A DNA stretch of 64,000 nt from Eledone cirrhosa (GCA_964016885.1 OZ024741.1:30628001-30692000), one strand, 5' to 3'. Positions 41,651 to 56,415 are shown, counted from the stretch's first letter. Made by a program: numbers and translations. Notes: generated by a model not told the origin, from the sequence alone.

Positions 41651-42214
41651 AGTAAAGATATGTATGTTTATGTGTGTGCTTGTGTGTGTGTGTGTGTGTC
41701 TGTGTGTGCATTGGAAGATGATTCTATTAGTAGAAATTGGGGAGGGAGTTGTGTGTGTGTGTATATGGGTGTTATGTGTGTGGGGGGGAGTATGTTAAGA
41801 TGGAGAGAATATATATATTTTGTGTGTCTGTACATATGTGTGTAGGAAAGTGATTCTATTAGTAGAAATGGGGGAGGGAGTTGTGTGTGTGTTGGGGTGG
41901 GGGTTGTTATGTGTGTGTGTATGGGTGTTATGTGTGTGTGGGAGTATGGTTAGCATGTTAAGATAAAGAGAATATATATATATTGTGTGTGTGTGTGTGT
42001 GTGTGTGTCTAGGAAAATAATTCCTTTAGTAGGAATATTTTTGAATGAACATATTTTCCTTACTTATTTGTATTTGTTCTGTTGTATTTTCAGCGCAAAC
42101 GTATGTTAAGGTTTTTTTAGTTCGGGTTTTTATTTTCTAAAGTAGCAGGTGTTATGTGTGTGTGTGTGTGTCTGTTTGGATGGTTAGCATCTTATGGTGT
42201 TGACATAATCTATA

Positions 42215-42668
42215 TTAAACCATATTTAATGCTGGTCTATATTTTTGAATAAACTTATTTTCCTTATTTATTCGTATTTGTTCTGTTGTATTGTTAGCGC
42301 AAAGGTAAAATGGGAAGACTTGAAATTTGGGTGTCTTACTTGCGCATATGTCTAGATATGCGCTTAGTGGTATCTGTCTCGTGGTTGGATCTCGTAATTG
42401 TTGGAGATGAACAGTCATTCTGTTTCTGAGTGGGAGTTTAGTTTGTCCTATATAATCTTCATTGTCCTATATAATCTCCATTGCATTCTTTACTTTTAAT
42501 GGCAGAAAGTAGATTTTTTAGTGAGCAAGTGGAGTGATTTTTTACAGCAAAATTTTGTCCTGATTTAAATGTATACGTGTCGCCTTCAATGAGGTGAGTG
42601 CAGGTTCCACAATTAGAGCGACCACATTTTTTGACAGTTGGTTGTGAGTTTGTAGTAGGTAATTTGGC

Positions 42669-42670
<2 letters not shown>
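42215..42670 (-). mobile_element. PLE GIY-YIG endonuclease fragment
   Basis: CGRSNCGTC...C....YIGQT...LRNRMTVH.QQ...KE..FI.KY.P.LN; includes ORF 42215-42418. Confidence 0.8.
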
Positions 42671-42709
<39 letters not shown>

Positions 42710-42863
42710 GCCGATTTGTTAAGCCTTCATTACTTTAAAGTAATGAAGGCTTTACAAATCGTCCTTGTTATTAGATCTGTTTAGCTCTACACCTCGCTAC
42801 TGACGTGAACCTAAACATCGAGAGCTCTCCCGTGTGAACCTACTGTAGATTAACGTTACACCC

Positions 42864-42955
<92 letters not shown>

Positions 42956-42959
<4 letters not shown>

Positions 42960-43458
42960 TGAAGTTGGAAATAGCACGGAAAATATATTTTAGGGTTTGT
43001 TTTTCTTTTTTTTTTCCTTTGTTTGATTCATCAAAGTGACATTATTGAAAAAATGAGAGGGACAATTAAAAATAATTAATAAGAATTTAAAAACTCAAAA
43101 TTAAAGATTTAAAATTAAAATAAAAAATTAAGAGGTAAGTTTTTTCATCTCCCTTGTCGAAAAAGGAGATGGAAAAACTTACCTCTTAATTTTAAATCTT
43201 TAAATTTTAGTTTTTAATACTTATTAATTCTTTTTAATTGTAATACTCAACATATGATGAGATGATTTTTAATAATACATCGAAACCGGTAATACTTTAT
43301 ATACATTATATACATTACAAAACTCTTTTTTCAAGAATTGTCACTCTCATTTTTTTCAATAATGTCACTTTGATGAATTAAAGAAAGGAAAAAAGAAAAA
43401 AAAAAGGAAAAACAGACCCTAAAATATATTCTCCGTACTATTTCCAACTTCACCCTTT
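42956..43458. mobile_element. Fold-back element with a degenerate hammerhead in the right arm
   Basis: Outer arms aaggtgaagttggaaatag / ctatttccaacttcacc; inner hairpin about 43122-43192. Motif 43251-43295: (a)TGATGA-gatg...catc-GAAA-ccgg-TA. Confidence 0.8.
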
Positions 43459-43545
43459 AATAACCACTGTTTTGTATAGAACCTTACTTCCCTTTCCTTA
43501 TACACACAGAGAAACACACACACACAGACATCACACACACACACA

Positions 43546-43632
<87 letters not shown>

Positions 43633-44094
43633 TATGTTTTTATGTGTGTTTGTGTTTGTATTTGTACAGGACTAGAACTGTTTCATTGATATGAAGACAT
43701 CAGGAATGTCGATAGTTTAAGGTGGTGGGTATTCCATCTAATGGATGGGAAGGAGCAGATGGGAGATGTCCCTTGATTAATGAGAAGTATGAGAGGAGGG
43801 AAGAGGGGGAAGAAGGGGATCGGAAAGAATGGGAAGGTGAGGACGAAGAAGAGAAGAAAGCAAAAGGAGAAGAAGCAGGGATATAAGAGAGCTAGTGGTA
43901 TGTGAGAGTGGGGGTAGGCCATATTCCTTTGAATAAGCAGAAAAATGGCTTCAAAGGGGAATCTTTATTTATATATGAATGGCTAGTTTTGGTCAAGAAA
44001 ACTAGTCAAAAGAATAAACGTACACAATTTACACAGTGTTTACTCTCGTCGATGGCAATCGCTAACGCTCGCCCCCATCAGACGACATCCTCAC

Positions 44095-44860
44095 AGGGTC
44101 GATAAAATAAAGTACCAGTAATGCACTGGATAATTGTTTGCCTTGTGCCAAAAGTAGAAACAATTATTTGGATTGCCATAGAACGCATAGAGTTACGGCC
44201 TTGCTATTCTGAGTTCAAATCCCGCCGAGGTTAACTTTGCCTTTCATCCTTATGGGGTCGATAAAATAAAGTACCAGTAATACACTGAGGTAATTGCTGG
44301 CCTTGTGCCAAAAGGTAGAAACAATTATTTGAATTGGCAGTATCGGTAGACGGTCGGACGCCATGCTTTGCAGCAAAGAGTTACGGCCCTTTACGGTCTG
44401 AGTTCAAATCCCACCGAGGTTAACTTTATTTTTCATCCTAACAAGGTCGATAAAATAAAGTACCAGTAATACACTGAGGTAATTGCTGGCCTTGTACCAA
44501 AAGTAGAAACAATTATTAGTTACTTAATGCCTTTCATAATTACAGGGTCTATAATATAACAACTGGAGTCGATTTAAGCGACCGCATCCTTCAAATTGCT
44601 GACCTTGTGTGAAAAGTAGAGACAATTCATAATGCTGAGATAAGGACGGTTGATTGACAGTATCCGTAGAGCGTCGGACAATAAGTTTCGCAGAATAGTT
44701 ACGGCCCTTTCCGTTCTGACTTCATATCTCGACAAGTTTAGCTTTGCAATTCATCCTTACTGGGTCGATAATATGAAGCACCAGTATTGCACTGGATCAA
44801 TTTAATCAATTCTCCCCTCTCCTAAAAATTGTTGGTATTGTGCCCTAAATCAGAAACCCT
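44095..44860 (+). mobile_element. Head-to-tail array of about 5 main-family SINE copies and fragments
   Basis: Repeated ...gtagaaacaattatt junctions at about 44168, 44328, 44517 and 44625. Confidence 0.85.
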
Positions 44861-45119
44861 TAATAATCCTCTGATATTTTATAAGAGGGGATATTGTCTA
44901 TTAGTTTAGCTAGAATCGTATGATACTCCAGCTACTTTGATATTTGGATAATAGTCTTTTGGTATTTACAAATGTGCATACTAGTGCATACTATTGAAAT
45001 TGGAGAGAGGAACACAAAATAGTTTAGTGAAGAGGTTTGTTTTATGTATAGAGTTTTTCCTGATTGAAATCTATATTCTAATCATGTAGGAATGTACCTA
45101 TGTATTTTGTAGTGTATCG

Positions 45120-45730
45120 TCACCGTTTTACGTCCATGTTTCCACGCTAGCATTGGTTAGACAGGTTGTCCTATTGTGGGCAGTGCCTGGTCGGCTGACC
45201 ATGTCTTGCTTATACGGGAACTGATTCTGCTTGTTTTCTACAGCCAGATGCCCTTCCTAACACCAACGTCATTTACAGTGAGTGCTGGGTGCTTTTTTCC
45301 CGTGGCGCATACACGTCCACTTTACACTGTGGCCTGGGTGCTTTTTTCTCATGGCAGCTCCAAACCACTTTGCAGTGGGTGGGGGTTGGGGCATATTGTA
45401 CATATGCTTCAGCTTCGGCTTCTACCCGTGTGGAGAGGGGGGGGGTCGGGTCTTCTGTATTACTGTGTGACCCCAGAGGTCACAGTCGTGTGTCATCGCC
45501 TTTGAGAGGTAAAATTGGTTAAGGTCGGCTTTTATCACTTCATTCCAGGTCTTCTTGGGTACCCCACTCGGCGGCTTCCATCGACTTCTAGTGCTCTGCA
45601 CATTTTTATGCAGCTATCATCCTTCACACGCATCACAAGTCCATACCAACGCAACCTCCTCTCCTGCACACAGCATTCGGTTCCTCTTATACCTAGTCTC
45701 TTTCTCAATTCGTTTATGTTTTGCCGTCAC
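45120..45730 (-). mobile_element. RTE-clade LINE 3' fragment
   Basis: ELRKRLGI...QERRLRWYGLVMR.....CIK.CRALEVDG; RTE-like tail ttaggaagggcatctggctgtagaaa. Confidence 0.7.
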
Positions 45731-45870
45731 GTATATCTATGTATGAAATGGTTTCATGGATGAAAAATGAAGAGATGATTCAATCTACATCACCACAATA
45801 CAGAAACTTCTAATTTGTTTTTTAATTGTTTACGTTTACAAATATAGACATTTCTATTTCCTACTCATTC

Positions 45871-45915
<45 letters not shown>

Positions 45916-46053
45916 CCGTTGTTATCGTCCTTACCATGATCATTGAACATAAAACGAATGTTTGAGTATATATTTTGATGAGAGAAAATTTTTCTTTATT
46001 TCCATTTTTATGTTTTACTCATACGGTTATACACACACACACACACACACACG

Positions 46054-46116
<63 letters not shown>

Positions 46117-46227
46117 TGTGTGTTTGTGTGTGTGTATATATATGTCTCTGTGTGTGCGCGTGTGTGTGTATATATATGTCTCTGTGTGTGCGCGTGTGTG
46201 TGTATATATATATGTCTATGTGTATGT

Positions 46228-46270
<43 letters not shown>

Positions 46271-46334
46271 TGTGTGTGTATATATGTCTGTGTGTGTGTG
46301 TCGTCTATATATATATATGAATATATATATATAT

Positions 46335-47042
<708 letters not shown>

Positions 47043-47199
47043 GTTTTTGACTTTGAGAATTAGTCAAATTCTCCAGACATATAAGCATCTACAGGCGGGC
47101 AGATTAACACCATAAACACACACACATACACAGACACACATATATATATAGTGAAAGAGTGAAGACTATATACGGCTGTACAAAAAGGGTTTTATTTAA

Positions 47200-47279
<80 letters not shown>

Positions 47280-47478
47280 TTATAAATATATATATATATA
47301 TATTACAGTAATCAGTGATGTCTTATCCAAGCAATCGGTCGACAATGGTGTAATTACGCGGAAACGATCGATGTTATAGATGCCACAAGTTGTTACATAT
47401 AGGCCCTATCGGATGGTGTAAATGATCATAAAGGGATGATAGATGTAATGAAATAAATTGATGTTGAATATGTGATAC

Positions 47479-47546
<68 letters not shown>

Positions 47547-47550
<4 letters not shown>

Positions 47551-48067
47551 CCAAAATTAAATTAAGGGTTGTCATGTCTGAGGGACATGCGCCATATCCT
47601 CTGCAGAATAAGCTCAAAGAATAGATCATAGCAGTTCATATCAACTTGAAATAGATTGACATATATATATATATAAAATAAACACATGGAACAATCACAG
47701 GGAATAATTTGTAAAGTATGTAAGCACACATAGATAGGTAGGTAACTAATTAAAGTTTAACTAGACCTTCAAATATAGATACATTTTAAAATGATTAATC
47801 TCCTTTGTATATATTTCTTTAAATAAAAAAATATATTTCACCAATTAATCAGTAAATCACAGTAGTCCAATCCTTGATGGTCACCAAAGGAGAAGAAATA
47901 ACTATCTGCGTTTACAAAGCAAATGCAAAGGTATCTATATTTGATGGTCTAGTTAAACTTTAATTAGTTACCTACCTAGCTATGTGTGCTTACATACTTT
48001 ACAAAGTATTCCCTGTGATTGTTCCATATGCTTATTTTATATATATATATGTCAATCTATTTCAAGT

Positions 48068-48072
<5 letters not shown>
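47547..48072. mobile_element. Non-coding repeat with internal inverted arms (47638-47782 / 47932-48072); family also at 55584-56002
   Basis: Direct comparison; shared terminus ccaaaattaaattaag abuts (TA)n. Confidence 0.8.
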
Positions 48073-48122
<50 letters not shown>

Positions 48123-48526
48123 TTATATATATATATATATAAATATATATATGAATATATATATATTAACAACTCTTAATATTCACAATTTCAAACGACC
48201 GGTGAAACATTCCGTTTGTTATTGAACCATCCAAAATTATTTTCAATACTTCCATGATATCAATTTTTTTAGGATTCTCTAACTTATCTTTTAATGAAAA
48301 CAGTTTCAGACATCACACATTCTCCAATAACTGAGCAATGTCAACGATACTTCACTGAAAATTACAATAGATTAGCAGCATTTAACTATTTGTATGTAAA
48401 CGTAAAATACTATCCCTTCTATGCCGTACCTCCTAATTTAGCTTACAATTATTCACACCAGTATTGAGCAACTTTTATGAAAGATATTTTATCACGTTCC
48501 TTTTATCACGTTCTTTTTATCACACA

Positions 48527-48660
48527 TAGCTTAGTGGTTAGAGCATTAGGGTTACAATCGAAAGGTCGTGAGTTCAATTCCCGGACCGGGTGATGTGTTG
48601 TCTCCTTGAGCAAGACACTTTATTTCACGTTGCTCCAGTTTACTCAGCTGTAGAAATAAG
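48527..48660 (+). mobile_element. Second tRNA-derived SINE family (CORE-like middle)
   Basis: tagcttagtgg A box, gagttcaattcc B box, tccttgagcaagacactt; related copy at 62996-63113. Confidence 0.75.
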
Positions 48661-49502
48661 ATGATAGGACTGGGCTCCCTATCATTAAATCACCCAAGAC
48701 ACGTCTAACGAGATATAACATGGAGGAGGCCAGCTAAACATGCATAGGTGTGAGCTGTCACACACACTTTTAAATATGACATTCCTAACAGCAATTAATG
48801 TAAAACCTTTAATACATTCACACTTTAATTGTCATAATGTATACACATAGCGAAGAAGAGGGAACATACTCACTTTATACGACTGGACACAATATACAAT
48901 AAAAGCATGGAAACATTATAGTACTTTGAAATAAAATGTTATCACTAGTAACAATCTAAGAATCAGCAACGGTTTCGCTAACAGATTTGACATGCCAGTA
49001 ATTCATATATTGTCAGAGGAATAAATATACAGTAAACAATTAATTCACTACGTAAAACATTCAATCAATCCAAATTAAAATAGTTTCTCCCGAGTCTCAT
49101 TATTCCAATTTAAATTGTATTTATCCTAATGTCTTTAGATAGCCGTACTAAGCCAAATAACGGCTGCAGTGTGCTACAGATTTTATTATAAACTATCTCG
49201 ATATATAAAAAAAAATGTACTTATGTAAAACTTTATAATAAGTTTCTTAATTCTAATAGTGAGAGATGGGGTGAACGGGAGACATGGAGTCGGTGACAGT
49301 GGGAGTTTGGTTCCTTGGTGTATATGTACATTATATGTTTCAAAGACATATTATTATCTCCCACAACAGATGTATATTTAATACCCACTATAATAATTGT
49401 TTAAACAAATATTTTTTATCTCATGTCAATTAATTAAGACCCATATTAAGGTGTATAGTTTTAAAGATAGGAACATCGACGGGTATACGACTCTACCAAA
49501 GG

Positions 49503-49689
49503 TAATAACTGTTTCTACTTTTGGCACAAGGCCAGCAATTACACAGTACATTACTGGTACTTTATTTTATCAACCTCTGTATGGATGAAAGGCAAAGTTA
49601 ACCTCGGCGGGATTTGAACTCAGATCGTAAAGGGACGTAACTATGCTGGAAAGCATGTCCGACCCTCTACCGATGCTGCCATTTCACCA
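49503..49689 (-). mobile_element. Main-family SINE
   Basis: Reverse complement of consensus. Confidence 0.85.
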
Positions 49690-49904
49690 ACGTGTGCTAA
49701 TTTAAAAGTTAGATGAAAAATAAATGGAAAGGTTTATTAAGCATTCTAACACTGATACCCACCCCAATCGCTCCTGTCCATAGAAAAAGAAATCATGCTC
49801 ATATTTACGCCAAAAAAATTATATCATATGCAAACATACGTGCAGAAGTAGAACATATATTCCTGCAACCAGAACTTGTAGCTTACTACCTCACCTTCTT
49901 AAAA

Positions 49905-50093
49905 GTAATTGTTTCTACTTTTGGCACAAGGCCAGCAATTACCTCAGTGTATTACTGGTACTTTATTTTATCGACCCCGTAAGGATGAAAGGCAAAGTTA
50001 ACCTCGGCGGGATTTGAACTCAGATCGTAAAGGCCCGTAACTCTATGTTGTAAAGCATGGCGTCCGACTCTCTACCGAAACTGCCAATCCACC
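49905..50093 (-). mobile_element. Main-family SINE
   Basis: Reverse complement of consensus. Confidence 0.85.
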
Positions 50094-50910
50094 AATTTAA
50101 AAATAATTTTCAATAAATATCAGAATCTGGCAAATCATGTGAAGATAGTAGAGACGAACTGTATTGTCTTGTGTCTTTAATATGAAAAACGGCAGTGGTG
50201 AGTATAGAGGAGCAGTACTCCATAGAAACTATCGGGTTTTTACCTAAACAAAAATATCAACAATGAATTTATATGTATATAAGTATGCATATATGTTCAT
50301 TATGTATATTGGGCGCGTAATTGAAAATTATCAATGAGTAAATGCTACTTTAGGTTAATTTAATAAACTATATCAGATTGAACGACAAAAAATAAGGTTA
50401 ACAACAGTAACAAACAAAAATAACAATGTCATAATTGATACGTAGATAAATATATAATAGCTGATCCCTAAAATAAATGTCAGTAGCAAAAGATTAAGAT
50501 ATAAACCATTAAAATCGGAAATCAATTTAGCTGCGTATGCTTGTGGTAGAAAGGATGTGAATTATGTTGTATAAGGTGAGGATAGTGAAGAGAGAGAAGG
50601 GGCAGAATGAGAAGTAGGGTTTTCAATATGATCAGAATATATATTGGGATGATGATCAGGGTAAATGGTAGTGAAATTGCTTGTATTTCAAAATCATATT
50701 CATTTTAGTATTTTTATGAGGATAATGGTGATGAGGATATTTATAGTGGTAGAGGTGGTGGTAGTGGGGTAATAGAGGTAGAGGTGGTGGTAGTGGGGTA
50801 GATAATGGCGATGAAGATATTTATAGTGGTAGAGGTGGTGGTAGTGGGGTAATAGAGGTAGAGGTGGTGGTAGTGCGGTAGATAATGGCGATGATAAAAT
50901 TGAAGATGTT

Positions 50911-51091
50911 AATAATTGTTTCTACTTTTGGCACAAGGCCAGCAATTAACCAGTGCATTACTGGTACTTTATTTTATCGACCCCGTAAGGATGAAAGGCA
51001 AAGTCAACCTCGGCGGGATTTCAGCTCAGATCGTAAAGGGACTTAACTATGCTGGAAAGCATGGCGTCCGACCCTCTACCGATTCTGCCAA
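50911..51091 (-). mobile_element. Main-family SINE
   Basis: Reverse complement of consensus. Confidence 0.85.
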
Positions 51092-51099
51092 TATGTTAA

Positions 51100-51276
51100 T
51101 AATGATGATATATGATGATAAATGATGATGATGATGATGATGATGATGATGCTGATGATGGTGATGATGATGATGATGATGACGATGATGGTGATGGTTG
51201 GGATGATGACGGTGATAATGATTGTTGTGATAATAATGATGATGATGATTATGATGATGATGATGATGAATGTGAC

Positions 51277-51307
<31 letters not shown>

Positions 51308-52012
51308 ATAAGGGTAAACATGATGACGATGAAGACGATGATGATTATGATAATCATGAAGATGATGATTATGATTATGGTGATAATAATGATGATGCTG
51401 ATGACGATAATGATGACGATTACATTAATAACGAGAGGAGCAAGGATTATGGCGGTGGTGGTGTGTCATTTGTAGCATTAGTAATCACGTATACGGGTGA
51501 CGGTAGTTTTGGTGACGGTAAAGTTGATAAATCTTAATGTCATTATTTTGCTGACGTTGCTAGATCTATCAATAAAATTAGCAAAAATGATGACAATAAT
51601 GACATTGCTAATGATGACGTTGTTTATGCTAATGATGACGTTGTTTATGCTAATGATGACGGTGTTTATGCTAATGATGACGTTGTTTATACTAATGATG
51701 ACGTTGTTTATGCTAATGATGACGTTGTTTATGCTAATAATGATGTTGTCTATGCTAATAATTGGATCTACTTCTGGCACAAGGCCAGCAATTACCCAGT
51801 ACATTACTGGTACTTTATTTTATCGACCCCGAAAGGATTAAAGGCAAAGTTAACCTCGGCGGGACTTGAACTGAGAATGGCAAGGGCCGTAACTCTATGC
51901 GTCAAAGCATGGCGTCCGACCCTCTACCGATACTGCCAATCCTCCGCCCGTTGTTTATGCTAATAATGACGTTGTCTATGCTAATGATGACGTTGTTTGT
52001 GCTAATGATGAC
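51100..52012. repeat. Degenerate (GAT)n tract and a 21-bp minisatellite (gctaatgatgacgttgtttat) interrupted by a minus-strand SINE (51758-51947)
   Basis: Directly visible; the minisatellite resumes at about 51950. Confidence 0.9.
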
Positions 52013-52734
52013 GAGGTATATTATTGTAATTAAGATGTTATGTAATGTAGGGCATCTTAGAATATAGTCATGTACATGACTGTATGTATAAGAGGTCTAC
52101 ATCACTGTCACGATGTTTCTGGTTCATACATACACTTACACATACACACACACACACACACATATATATATAGTAATAATAGTAATAATAGTAAATGTGA
52201 AGACTAAAATCCAAAGAATGTTCTATAATTCTATAAGCATATATCAAATATATAAGAACCGTAGAGCAAATATTTATTAAAATAACAGTTTAATCTGTTA
52301 TTTTCATAAATATATATATTAGGTTCGATCTATATCGATCTGAGCCGACTCTGTAATAGAGAGTCAGGTCTCATCGATACAGATCGAACCTTGAACTGAT
52401 CAGTAGCGTAATGCGCGTCACCAACCAATAAACGTAATGAAGGAGTAACCAATCGTCCTTGTTATCTTATTTCCCTATGATACACTCCGTCTAGCTCTAC
52501 ACCTCGACACTGAAGTGAACCTAAACATCGAGTGCTCACCCGGATGAAGCTACAGTACCTCCAAGTTAGACTCCCTGGATATATATATATATATATATCA
52601 CCAGTCTGGCGAGCAGATCGATACTGGAGTCGGTATCCAACGTGTTACCTGGAGCCAATCCTCTACGAAACGAATCGATACTAAAACAATATTTTTATAT
52701 GTAAACGAACGTCCTCGTTTTTTCTATTACACAC

Positions 52735-52802
<68 letters not shown>

Positions 52803-53393
52803 ATATATATGGAGTTGTCGGGGACTAAAGCGGCAACCCCACCAAGCTTGTGTGGTAAGGAGGGAGATTTTGGACACCCTGCGGGAGCATAATCTGAGTC
52901 GGTGAAAGGAAGGGGGAGTGAGAGATACCTACTCTTCATTAACATGTCTCTCTAAGAGAGGTTCACTGTCATAAAAATCTATGACTTCGTTTGCTTCCAA
53001 TGTTGAAGAACAGTACGTCTTTTCGAGTAAATGCATTCAATGTTCAGACAGTGGGACAGGTTCCGCGCAAAGACTTCCCCCACTTAAACAAGCTTCACGC
53101 ACAGGCATCATTTGATATGTGACATCTTGAGCGTGATGTAAGGAAATTTGCTTTTACTTCCACCAAAACAAGCGACCGTGTACATAAACAGTCATTTGTT
53201 TGGGTGATTGCTACATGTTGAGGTTTTTTTGGTTTTAGATTAATTCTGATCAGTATGAAGAGGTAGATAATGTTATGTCTTTCATATTAAAATGAGAAGG
53301 AGCATGACTTAGAAGTTAGAGCGTTTTGGTTTACATGTATATATAAATATGTAGAAGTACATATGAATATACATATATACATACATGTATAAA

Positions 53394-53430
<37 letters not shown>

Positions 53431-53436
<6 letters not shown>

Positions 53437-54015
53437 GAGACGAAAGAAGAATACTGAATGGTTGCACGTGGGTTACATATGATAAAAATAGTCCTTCGTC
53501 AGTGATTTTCCAACCATCATTGGTATTTCATCACATTAAAAGTCATATACCTCAGGTTGGTGCGAGCAATAACTAAAAAAAGTTATTGGGACCAGTAAAT
53601 AGCGTAAAGCGAGGGGGACAAGTAAACAACATAGAAGGATAAAAGCAAACCGAAGATAGGAAAAAAACAAGCAACATGGTTGTCCGGTCAGCATAATCTG
53701 GGTGGATTTCATGAGCGAAAGGAACAGACCGTCCGATGTGAGTGAGATGTAAGCAAAACGGGAGGAAGTGAGAAGGGGAGAAAGAGAGAGTGAGCGAGTG
53801 GAAGTGTGAGGAAGCGACCAGTCGAGAGAAAGTGTAACTGACAGAGGGGAGAAAGAAGGTGAGAGAAACAGAGAGAACGGGGAAGCAGTAAGAGAGAAAC
53901 AGACAAACGCAGCCGAGGTAAATATATATAAAAAACATGAGAAGAAAGAAGTATACTGCGTGATTGCACATGGGTTACATATGATAAAAATAGTCCTTCG
54001 TCAGTGATTTTCCAA

Positions 54016-54018
<3 letters not shown>
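53431..54018. mobile_element. Non-coding partial-tandem element (502-bp period) carrying the pseudoknot motif, in (TA)n
   Basis: 53431-53516 is repeated at 53933-54018; homologous to 10041-10698. Confidence 0.7.
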
Positions 54019-54097
<79 letters not shown>

Positions 54098-54319
54098 ATA
54101 TAGATATATATACGTATGTGTAATGCTAGCTATGATGCTTCCATAGGCAGTATGCCAAAATTAGCACTCAATATTCATACAGAGCAGAGTGTGAATAGTA
54201 TAAAAACGAAAAATCAGTGATGCATCTGGACTCAGTTTATTGTGTGTTACAATTGTTTCGCCGGCAAGTAGCTCGAGACATGATCACTGCATGGATATGA
54301 CTGATTCTACGGCTTCGGA

Positions 54320-54368
<49 letters not shown>

Positions 54369-55341
54369 CTAGCCGAATTACCCGCGCCTTGCTGCGCTTC
54401 TCACATTTCTTTTGTAAGAAAATGATGATTGATTTTAAATCAGTGATATCATTTATGGAGAAAAACTCTGCATTTCATTATTATTCAATGTAAGATGTAA
54501 TGCATGGAAAATTGGAAAACATTATGTTTTGTAATATATCAGATCAAAATTACATTATCAAATCTTATTCTTATTTTGTTTCTTGTAAATCATTTTTTTT
54601 TCAAAATATCAATTCAAAACTTGATCATTTCATGTTTGTGTAAAGCATTATTTTCAAATTAGAAATCCAAAATTTAATTATTTATTTTTTAACATAATAA
54701 ATACATGAAAATATATTTCATACTTTGTCCTAATGAAGAACTTTGCTTGGCTAAAATGTAGACATTTTTTGAAGTTCCAGTCCTTGGAACAGCCACATAA
54801 AACACGCCATGAATGAAACATGGGTTTGTCAGATGTATACCAATAGTTTTGAAAGTTTGACCTGACTCTTATTGATGATCATGGCAAAGCATGACCTCAC
54901 TGGGAACTGCAGCCTCTTAAATGTAAAAGGCTACTCGCTATCAATGGTATAAGTAGAATCCTCGGAATGAGAAGTGCTTCACTTTTGTAAGCCCCGAATA
55001 TAATGATTGCTCAATCAAGTTCTCATGTAATCTTGTTACAACACATCTTGTTCCATTTATTGGCCAGAATTTTCACTATTGGGGTGTCGTAATATTATTG
55101 AAATTTGCTGAAATTTATGAATAGGCATCATATCTTGTCATTTACCTATGGTTTAAATTTCATATAAATGTAAGGTTTGTGCCCCCGGGAAACCTTTTGA
55201 TTAAAATGAAATATACTTATCCAAGTACCCTGGGCAATGTAGTTTCAAAATATATATGGTTATGTGTGTCTATCTGCAAACCATAGGAGGAGTTGGTGAA
55301 CAAACAAACGAACAGACAGGATCTACAACTTTATATATATG
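54369..55341 (-). mobile_element. Internally deleted Helitron with a PIF1-type helicase remnant
   Basis: 3' end is a GC-rich hairpin followed by CTAG (cgcagcaaggcgcgggtaattcggctag). About 54770-55000 translates to LIPRI...PFTFKRLQFPVRSCFAMIINKSQ/GQTFKTIGIHLTNPCFIHGVFYVAV. Confidence 0.85.
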
Positions 55342-55362
55342 TAATTTACGGATTAATGGTGA

Positions 55363-55583
55363 TTGCCCTTTTGCTCAACGTGTGGTTTCCGTCCACGCTG
55401 AGCTCGATTGGGACCCCTGCGTTACCTTTGACAGACGTACCGCCCCAGTCAACCTCCCCGACAGACACTGTTCTCGACTAAGGGTACCGCATCGGCAGCG
55501 TCGGCGCACAACGTGTGCGCGCGTGACATGCACCGCACGCTTCGCACCAGATAAATGAACCACCGCTCGGCGACGGCCCCATG
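55363..55583 (-). pseudogene. 28S rRNA fragment (retrocopy) flanked by a 19-bp direct repeat
   Basis: Minus strand acagtgtc..ggggaggttgactggggcggtacgtctgtcaaaggtaacgcagg..gagctcagc.tggacggaaacc..gagcaaaagggcaa matches the conserved LSU rRNA core as I recall it. atttacggattaatggtga occurs at 55344-55362 and 55584-55602. Confidence 0.88.
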
Positions 55584-56098
55584 ATTTACGGATTAATGGT
55601 GAAATATATTTCTTTAATGAAATATATACAAGGAATATTAATCATTTTAAAAGGTATATATATATTTGAAGTTCTAGTTAAACTTTAATTAGTTACCTAC
55701 CTAGCTGTGTGTCTTGCACACTTAACAAATTATCCCCTGTGATTGTTCCATATGTATATTTTAGATATATATATATATGTCAATCAATTTCTAGTTGATA
55801 TAAAATGCCCAGATCTATTAATTGGAATCTTTGATCATATTCTACAGTGGATATGGCGCATGTCTCAGACATGACACCCTTAATTTAATTTTGGATATAT
55901 ATATATATATATATATATACACAAAATTAAATTAAGAGTGTCATGTCCGAGACATGCGCCATATCCACTGTAGAATATGATTAAAGATTCTAATTAATAG
56001 ATATAAGCAGAAGGGATATTCAGTTTGTTGGTAATTGAACAAATATAAACGTTTATAACTGAGTCAGAGCACTCGACAGATTTTCTGGAGTATAATAT

Positions 56099-56415
56099 TC
56101 AATGTTATTAAATAAATGTAAACTATATTTATAAAGCCATGTCTATATATAGTTCAATGGTACCAAAAACTTTGGTACGCTTTTATCAGATAAAATACAA
56201 AGTGTGTTTTATAAATTTATCTAAGGAAAATTTCAACCGTTAAGGTATATTCCTTGGCTATGTCAAAATTTATAAAACACACTTTGTATTTTATCTGCAG
56301 AAAGCGTACCAAAGTTATTGGTACATTTGAAATATATATAATAGAATAAATATGGTTATATAATAAAGTAAAAATGGTTTTATAAATACAGTTTCCATTT
56401 ATTTAATAACATTGT
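56099..56415. mobile_element. Fold-back element with degenerate hammerheads in both arms
   Basis: Arms caatgttattaaataaatg / catttatttaataacattg. Plus motif 56288-56347: attttat-CTGCAGA-aagcgtaccaa..ttggtac..-GAAA-tatata-TA-atagaat. Confidence 0.8.

Noticed and set aside
51076-51841. Poly-Asp, poly-Met and poly-Ile ORFs that look like an acidic biomineral protein
   Set aside because: A (GAT)n tract and 21-bp minisatellite between SINEs, open in several frames, with no gene context.
51605-52012. CRISPR-like regular repeats
   Set aside because: Contiguous 21-bp units with no unique spacers, eukaryotic context and no cas genes.
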